Source: an uncultured delta proteobacterium
Lineage (GTDB): Bacteria > Myxococcota_A > Polyangia > Polyangiales > Polyangiaceae
Reading direction: 5' to 3'
Assembly (NCBI GenBank): GCA_963716725.1
Contig: CAVQUB010000001.1
Coordinates: 32,001 to 96,000 of the forward strand
Length of the DNA: 64,000 nt
Positions within the stretch are counted from its first letter, which is position 1; the number at the start of each line of letters is the position of its first letter. A program made the translations under genes and the position numbers. Of this stretch, positions 57,315-64,000 are shown in pieces. The notes under the pieces were generated by a model, which worked only from the letters and a program-made list of their open reading frames with translations, had not been told where the DNA came from and made no database searches.

Positions 57315-58514
57315 CTACAGCGAACACGTGAGCTCCATGGCTTGCGCGTCGCAAGGGGTGGAGAGCGTGAACTTCTTGCCGATGTTCTTGCCGCCGGTGC
57401 ACTCGCAGCTCTTGCCCCCAGCCTCGCATTTCGCTCCCCAATCGCCGCATCCCTCCCAGCAACTCCCGTCCCCGCTGCCGCCGCTGGTGCAAGCGATGAA
57501 GTCGCAGGAGTCCAAGATGGCCTCGCAAGTTGGGTCCATCACGGGGCTGCCCGTCGAGTCGCACTTGATGCCCTTGGCGAGATCGCACTCCATCTGCTTC
57601 CAGTGAGACTCACCGCAGCGAGAGAACGATGACATCTGCCGCATGCTGAGCTCACAATTGTCTTGGGTGAGCCCGAGCTTGCACGCAGCGATGGCCGCCT
57701 TGCAGTACTCGCGCACGACGTCGGTACCCGACGAGGAGCCGCCGCAGGCCGCCGGGCACGGGGTCGCGAGGCACGCCTGGAAGGCGTCCGCCGCCTTCCC
57801 CGCATCGGGGAACGCTGCCTTGCAGATCGCCAAGCAGTTCGAGACTGAGCATTCTTCGATACAATCCGCGAATCCGAGGCCATCCTTGGCCTGAACCATG
57901 GCCTTGCCCTCGGCGCAGCAGTTCTCTTTTCCGCAGTAGCTGCACAAGCTCTCGTTGCCTGTCTTGAGGCAAGTGGTGCACGTCAGAAGCGCCTTCCGCT
58001 CGGGATCACAACCGGACAACGCCAGTTGAAAGGCGGGGCACGACCAGCAGCCCGCCTTCGCCGCGCACTCGGTCACGGCCAGTGCTTCCTTCGCACAGGT
58101 CGGGTGCTGCGCCAGGGACTTCTCGCAGCGAAGCTTGCAGAGCGCGGGGTCGACTGCGTCGCAGAGCCCGTCCGTGACCGCGGCGCTCTTGGAGCACGAC
58201 TGCTCGCAGATCGTGCCCGTGCCAGGAGCGGGGCCGCACACGCCCCCGTCGCTACCGCCGGTTCCACCCGCGCCAGAGGCCCCACCGGTCGCGCCGGAAC
58301 CGCCCGCACCGGCCGCGGCGTCCATGCCAGCGGCGCCCCCCAGCGCTCCGCCGAGCCCGCCCGATCCGCCGGATCCACCCGATCCACTCGATCCACCCGA
58401 TCCACCCGGGGACGGGCTCCCCCCGTCGTCATCGCTCGAAGAGCATGCGAACGCGAGGGCTATCGCCACTAGCGCGGGCCCAAGCGCCGCGGGCAGAACA
58501 CGTTGAGCCAGCAT
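57315..58514 (-). CDS. Cys-rich lipoprotein with Gly/Ser linker
   Basis: LAFAC lipobox, GGSGG linker, dense Cys-rich helical modules. Confidence 0.82.
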   Translation of the reverse strand: MLAQRVLPAALGPALVAIALAFACSSSDDDGGSPSPGGSGGSSGSGGSGGSGGLGGALGGAAGMDAAAGAGGSGATGGASGAGGTGGSDGGVCGPAPGTGTICEQSCSKSAAVTDGLCDAVDPALCKLRCEKSLAQHPTCAKEALAVTECAAKAGCWSCPAFQLALSGCDPERKALLTCTTCLKTGNESLCSYCGKENCCAEGKAMVQAKDGLGFADCIEECSVSNCLAICKAAFPDAGKAADAFQACLATPCPAACGGSSSGTDVVREYCKAAIAACKLGLTQDNCELSMRQMSSFSRCGESHWKQMECDLAKGIKCDSTGSPVMDPTCEAILDSCDFIACTSGGSGDGSCWEGCGDWGAKCEAGGKSCECTGGKNIGKKFTLSTPCDAQAMELTCSL

Positions 58515-58619
58515 CCCGTCGAGGATTTGATACGCGCGCCCGGGCAGAGAGCTTCCCCGATCACCGGGTTCGGCCCGCCGGTGACCATCAACCTGCAGAC
58601 CCCGCCGAACAGGGTGCTG

Positions 58620-58830
58620 TTGACCTCGCAGCGTGAGTTCTGCGTCTCCTCGTCAGGCGTCGTGAATGGCGCCGACTTGCGAGGGCCTGGTGCGTTCGAG
58701 CCGCGTGGTAGTAGCTGAGAAATTCATCAAGCGTCTGTCGCAGGTGGGCCTCGTTCCAGACGATCACGTGGTCGAGACAGTCGCGACGAACCGTCCCGAT
58801 CCAGCGCTCGCAGTATGGAGTTTGCCGGTC
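58620..58830 (-). pseudogene. C-terminal remnant of an integrase-core (rve) transposase
   Basis: PYCERWIGTVRRDCLDHVIVWNEAHLRQTLDEFLSYYHAARTHQAL; boundaries approximate. Confidence 0.8.
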
Positions 58831-58933
58831 CCCGTGCCACGCGCACCCCCCCCCCCTCGGGTCGACCACGAGCATCACCGTGGATGCGCAGGTCCGATTG
58901 GCTGACGGGCGCAGGCGAGGTATCTTGCGTGGG

Positions 58934-59137
58934 GTGACGGACCTGGCACAGCGACTCGAAGACGCGCTCGAACTCGCGGAGCTGGCGGAAGAGATCGTCG
59001 AGCTGCGATTTCGGCGGCAATACCCAGACGCCGACGCGGCCAAGGTGGAGCGCTTGCTGCTCGCGTGGCCCCGCGAGCGACCGGGTGCGCCGCATGGTGA
59101 TGCCTTCGGGCGCCCGGTGACGTTGCCCCGATCATGA
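58934..59137 (+). CDS. Small antitoxin-like protein upstream of a nucleotidyltransferase remnant
   Basis: VTDLAQRLEDALEL...RRQYPDA...LLAW.RERPGAPHGD; TATCTT -10-like box at 58921; ATGA overlap with the next ORF. Confidence 0.6.
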   Translation: MTDLAQRLEDALELAELAEEIVELRFRRQYPDADAAKVERLLLAWPRERPGAPHGDAFGRPVTLPRS

Positions 59138-59253
59138 AATCCTTGCGAGCCACGCTGCGCAGGGCTGAACGGGATCTGCGCGAGTTGGGGCAGCGTTTCG
59201 CTCTCGCGGGCGGCTTCGCCGTGTCGGTCCGCGCGGAGCCTGATGGCGCGTAG
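59134..59253 (+). pseudogene. Truncated nucleotidyltransferase (AbiEii-like toxin) N-terminus
   Basis: MKSLRATLRRAERDLRELGQRFALAGGFAVSVRAEP, then stop after 3 further codons, before the expected RxTxDxD motif. Confidence 0.65.
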
Positions 59254-59296
59254 GCTGGGAGCCGGCGGGATCGGTCGTTCGATTCTCGCGAGCGCG

Positions 59297-61450
59297 ATGC
59301 AGCAACGCTCAGCCAGCTCGACCGCGCCGCGCCTCGTGCTCCGCCAGAGCGCGGCGCTCTGCGCCCTCGCGATGCTGATGTCCGGCGCGTGCCAACCCGG
59401 GCCTTCCCATGAGCCTCGGTCTGGCGCCGAGGCTCCCGTCCGAGAGCCCCGGGCCAAGAGCTGTCTCCCGGCACCGACCATGAGCTGTCCGCGCGACGCC
59501 CAGCGCGTGCGCGATCGGCCTACTCCCGCCTGGCCGTCGGCGTCGGATGTCTTCATCTTTCGGCAGCGCCCACCCTGGGCTGCGCCGACCTCGGACGCCG
59601 AGCTCGCGAAGCTCGTCCATCGCGACGAGCTGGCTCCGATCCTGGACGCGACTCGACGCGGCCTGCTCGAAACGGCCGACCGCGCCTACCGTGAGGCGCG
59701 AGGGGAACCGCGGCGGTGGAGCAACGCGCGAGCGGCCTACGCGCGGTTCGTCGCGGCGTCGACAGCCGGCGGTCCGCTGCGAGCGTACGCAGAGTACCGA
59801 CTCGCACAGACTCTGTGGAACTCGGGCAAGCACGCCGAAGCCATGGCCGCGCTCGCGCAGCTCTCGAAGCACGCCGTTGCCACGTCCTCCGAGCCCGGCG
59901 CCGCGGAGCTGATGGGTTTGGCAGAGCAAGATCGGGTCGTACTCCACGCCGAGGCCAGCGATGCCCCGACCGCGTACCGCGCGCTCTCGGGTCGCGCGCT
60001 GGACGCGCTGGGTCAGGCCTACTTGGATCGCGGTCGCTTCGGCGAAGCAGAGCGGCTGTACGAGCTGGTCTTGGCGGACGCGCCGGGGGAGCGGCGCTGC
60101 GAAATCCAGGCCCGACTCACCGAAGTGAAGATGGTCGTCGGAGCGCACTCGGCGTCGGCGCTGAAAGAAGCGGCGAGCGCGCAAATCAACGGGTACCGAG
60201 CCTTCCGGCAGGGTGCAGCATCGACGGCGGCCAAGCGGCAGTGCGCGCGCGTCACCGTCGGACAGCTCACGGAGCTGGCCGCCGCTTCTCAGGTGGAGGT
60301 CGTCGGGTCCGACGGCGTGAAAGGGACCGGTGATCGCCGCACCGCCGAGCTCGCTCGCACGCTCCAGCGCTGGCTCGGTGACGACTTCGAAGCGCGGGAG
60401 CTTGATGAACTCACGCCGCTGCCGAGCACCGAGCCGCCCCTGTCCTCGAGGCTCCGACTGGCTCGGGCGGACCTGCTCGCCTTTCTCCAAGAGTGGGAAG
60501 AGTGCGGCCCTCTGTACGACCGTGAGGCGGAGCTCGCGACCGGAGCGAGTGGGGTGTCGCGGGCCGCGCTCGGCGCTGCGCATTGCTACGCCGGGCTTGC
60601 CCATCAGGAGCGCCGTCATCGCGAGCCGGCGAAGAGCGGCGATGCGATCGAAGCGCTGACGTCCGCCGATCAGAGGTTGCTCGCGAGCACGTCGCGCTAT
60701 CTGTGCAGCACCGACCCGACGGACGCCGATCCCCTGGCGCGCTCCCGTCGGATCTTCGCGGAGCTCGCTCGGGCTCGGGTCTACTACGAGCGCCGCCAGC
60801 TCGGGCAAGCCGTCGTCGAGCTCGGCGATGCGGCCCTCGCAGGTCCCGGGTGGGATGACTCGACCCGCGCTGCCCAACTCGAGCTCGAGGCCCTCGCTGC
60901 GCTCCGCTCCAACGAGCTTCCCGATCCGTGCCGGCAGGAGCTGGACCGAATGCGCCCGCGCCTGCTCCAGCTTCACTGCTCGGGTGAACCGCGTGCTGCC
61001 GACTCCGCGTGCGAGAAGCTGCGCGCCGTAGGGGCCGCGCGCTTGGGTGGCCCCCGCGAAGGCGCGCGACGGGCCGTGCCGAGACCACCGACCTTGGACT
61101 ACACCTCGGTGAGCGGCTCGACGCTCCCCGCGACGACGCTCCGCATCGTTCGCCTGCACGCGGGCCAGCTCGACGCCTGTTACCAGGGCGCCTTGCGCCG
61201 GAACGAAGGGCTCGCCGGACAGATCGAAATCGACCTGGAGATCGGTCGCGACGGCAACGTCCGAAACGCTCGGGCACAGCCGTCGCCCTTGGGCGACCGC
61301 GCGCTGATCGCCTGCGTCGTGGGAGTGTTCTCCAGCATGAAATTCCACCAGCCCGAAGGCGGCGTGCCCCACGTCCGGTACGCGCTGGACCTCGGCCCTG
61401 CGCACGGAGTCACTGCTCCGACGCAAATCGACTTCCACATCGGAGAGTGA
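59297..61450 (+). CDS. TPR-like lipoprotein with C-terminal AgmX/PglI (TonB-C-like) domain
   Basis: Signal ending SGAC, helical TPR-like repeats, C-terminal ACYQGALRRNEGLAGQIEIDLEIGRDGNV...CVVGVFSSMKF.QP.GG..VRY. Confidence 0.8.
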   Translation: MQQRSASSTAPRLVLRQSAALCALAMLMSGACQPGPSHEPRSGAEAPVREPRAKSCLPAPTMSCPRDAQRVRDRPTPAWPSASDVFIFRQRPPWAAPTSDAELAKLVHRDELAPILDATRRGLLETADRAYREARGEPRRWSNARAAYARFVAASTAGGPLRAYAEYRLAQTLWNSGKHAEAMAALAQLSKHAVATSSEPGAAELMGLAEQDRVVLHAEASDAPTAYRALSGRALDALGQAYLDRGRFGEAERLYELVLADAPGERRCEIQARLTEVKMVVGAHSASALKEAASAQINGYRAFRQGAASTAAKRQCARVTVGQLTELAAASQVEVVGSDGVKGTGDRRTAELARTLQRWLGDDFEARELDELTPLPSTEPPLSSRLRLARADLLAFLQEWEECGPLYDREAELATGASGVSRAALGAAHCYAGLAHQERRHREPAKSGDAIEALTSADQRLLASTSRYLCSTDPTDADPLARSRRIFAELARARVYYERRQLGQAVVELGDAALAGPGWDDSTRAAQLELEALAALRSNELPDPCRQELDRMRPRLLQLHCSGEPRAADSACEKLRAVGAARLGGPREGARRAVPRPPTLDYTSVSGSTLPATTLRIVRLHAGQLDACYQGALRRNEGLAGQIEIDLEIGRDGNVRNARAQPSPLGDRALIACVVGVFSSMKFHQPEGGVPHVRYALDLGPAHGVTAPTQIDFHIGE

Positions 61451-61927
61451 CTCGCAGGCACGGACGTTCGAGCGTCGCAAGCCCGATGGCATCCACGCGA
61501 TCGGAGTCGATGAACTGGGCTGCTCGTGCGGCTGATCGCCAGGGCAGAACGATGGACGAGACGGCCTGTCGGGAGGGCGGTGGATCGCCGTTCCTCGCCG
61601 GTGTGGCGGAGAGAGACGATGTGTACACGAGCCATCCGATCCCGGCCGACGTCACCGCGGAGCTTCGCGCGCATGGCGCAGTCTACGGGGCGGACCAAAC
61701 GGGCATCGCACGCCGTTGGCTCGAGCTGGAGGCCGGAGGTGGTGCTGCTCCGAACGCAGGCGCGGCGCCGACGCACGGCGCTGTGGCTTGCCGACGACCT
61801 CGGCCTACAGCGCCTTTCGTTGAGATGGATCACTTTGTCGCGTAGCCCAGCTGCGGCGCCGAACCTTCTGGAGCTGACGCTGTGCAACTGCGCTCGCCAG
61901 AATTCCCGCGCGAAAGCAGCGTACGCT

Positions 61928-62884
61928 TCATGCGGCGACGTCCTCCTCGTGTTGACGGGAGCACCGGTCGCACGCTTGTTGACGATTGTGCTCCAGCCGC
62001 CGCTTGCGCGCCTCTTGCCGCCGAGCAGCGCGCTCGTCCCACTTCTGGGACTTACCCCTCCGGGTACTTCCCAGGGTCGTCCAAGGGTCGTCAGGCGCTC
62101 GAGCCCCGCGCCCGAAGTACATCTCGTCCGGGGTCTGCCCGTCGAACGCACTGTGGGGCATCCGCTGGTTGTGCTCAGTCACGTAGAAGTCCACGAGCTT
62201 CCTCACCGTGGCGATGTTGTCCAGCTGATGAAGGCACAGCCACTGGTGTTTCAGGGAATGCCACCACGACTCGAGCATCGAATTCGAGAGGCTCACGTCG
62301 ATCTGCGCGATGACGCGGCGAAGTGCTCCGTCGAGAAAGAGGTCGTCAACGCTGTCGTTGAGGTTCTCTGCGCCAGAATCCAGGTAGACCTCTGCGGTCA
62401 TCGGGCGCTCCAGGTTGCTGGCCGCCCTCACGAGCACATCGCGGGTGTTCATGGGCTCGAGTCGGTCGGCGATCGTCCAGGCGAGAATTCTCCGAGAGAA
62501 GTTGTCGATGACCGCGTGCAAGTGGGCCTTCGTACCGTCGAGCAGCTTGATAATCGTGACATCGACGTGCCACGCCACATTCGGCGCGACAGCGCGCACG
62601 CCGACCTTCGGTTTCGGCGGGTAGAGGCGCAGCCTCGGTCGCCGCCACCCGTAGCGTCGGATGAGCACCGCGGTCCGGCGCTCGAGCAGGACGATGCGAA
62701 ACCGAAGCGCGGCCTCCGCGCCAAGGTCCGGGTCCAGAGAGACGACGCTCCCCATGCCTCGCCGGATCCAGCTCCGCACTGTCGAGCGCGGGATCTCGAG
62801 CTCCGGAAACAGCTCCGGATTCCCGGCCTTGGCGATCTGCTGCTTGATGCGGTGGTCGTACGTGCGGCGGGAGCAGGTGCTCAT
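61928..62884 (-). mobile_element. DDE (rve) transposase, IS3/IS481-like, probably internally deleted
   Basis: WHVDVT, VIDNFSRRILAW, DSGAEN, SNSMLESWWHSLK, HNQRMPHSAFDGQTPDEMY. Confidence 0.85.
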
Positions 62885-62999
62885 GTCGTCAGCAGAGCAC
62901 GCTCGGGCGCGGCAGTATCGGCGCACGGAGAGCCGGAGGCGCGGCGGGCAGCCGCAGCACGCGCCAGCTTGGAGCCGTTACGAACGGAATTCGGGACTC

Positions 63000-63158
63000 C
63001 GTGGGCGTCCGGTCCGAGCGGATGTTCCGAGGCCGCTTCGCCCGTCGCTGGAGCACCGCGAGTTGGTGGCGGAGCGCGACAATCTCGAGCGCGACAGACT
63101 GGCGAGACCCCAAGAAGGACACGGCGGAGTGGACCAGCGCAAGGAGGACCGCGCGCAT
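63000..63158 (-). pseudogene. N-terminal remnant of an integrase-core transposase
   Basis: MRAVLLALVHSAVSFLGSRQSVALEIVALRHQLAVLQRRAKRPR, the usual N-terminus of the family whose C-terminus is at 58620-58830. Confidence 0.7.
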
Positions 63159-63180
63159 GGGGGGCCGAGTCTTGTCTCTT

Positions 63181-63338
63181 GCCGGGGAAGACCAAAGGCG
63201 AGGAAGCGTTCACTGAAGTTCGGGCCCGTGCCGGAAGCTACCGCGGATCGAATCCGGACCGCGCCTGGTGCCGACCTCGACCGCTGGGTCGAGCGCGTGA
63301 TCACTGCGACCTTCCTCGAGTCCGTGCTCGCCGACTGA
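63181..63338 (+). pseudogene. C-terminal fragment of an Rpn/DUF4351-type protein
   Basis: LKFGPVPEATADRIRTAPGADLDRWVERVITATFLESVLAD*, preceded by out-of-frame GKTKGE. Confidence 0.65.
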
Positions 63339-63569
63339 GCCGGTCGCCCCTCGCCGTGCGATGATGCTCCGCGTGAGCGGGAGCTTCACGGTGCCCGCGC
63401 ACCCAGCGCTGTCCGCAGCGCAGCGCTGACGCTGCTGCTGCCCTCTCTCCGGTCCGCGCAGCGCAACCAGTCTCGGATCAAGGCGCCCCCTCCAGGTCGC
63501 AAAGTGAGCGTCGCCCTCGGAATGGCCAGGGTTGTGTTCGGGTGCCGGCGACGCTCTCTTTGCGGCGTG

Positions 63570-64000
<431 letters not shown>

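Noticed and set aside
58846..58856. Poly-C tract as a phase-variation switch
   Set aside because: It lies at a junction between remnants, not within an intact gene or evident promoter; homopolymer length is also unreliable here.
61510..61845. Possible small gene after the TPR-AgmX gene
   Set aside because: No motif and ambiguous frame inside mobile-element debris.

Overview
High-GC bacterial DNA that looks myxobacterial (Polyangiaceae-like). The signs are Hanks-type Ser/Thr kinases, a MYXO-CTERM-type vWA protein, Cys/Gly-rich lipoproteins and an AgmX/PglI-type domain. Housekeeping genes: trpF/trpB/trpA, a K+-independent-type membrane pyrophosphatase (hppA), a Ca2+/Na+ antiporter, glnE and the 3' end of monomeric icd. 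Most notable: (1) an unannotated selenoprotein-like gene (40348-40911, in-frame UGA in RHLA-U-LP-C, with a SECIS-like hairpin 11 nt downstream) heading an operon with a fused TIGR04282/TIGR04283 glycosyltransferase and radical SAM ArsS, facing a DedA/VTT-flavin disulfide reductase fusion, with no arsM in the window; (2) an IS66-remnant-bounded segment with four sigma-54-like promoters and two pairs of 21-bp-spaced palindromes around its own NtrC-type two-component system and a phospholipid-metabolism operon; (3) a non-RD kinase whose N-terminus resembles the N2 domain of the nearby orphan GspE/PilB ATPase; (4) several apparent pseudo-enzymes and decayed mobile elements. Apparent single-base lesions in trpB and icd suggest assembly indel errors, so frameshift-based claims need read-level checks. 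No rRNA, tRNA or CRISPR array was recognised. All family calls are by motif recognition; no searches were run.
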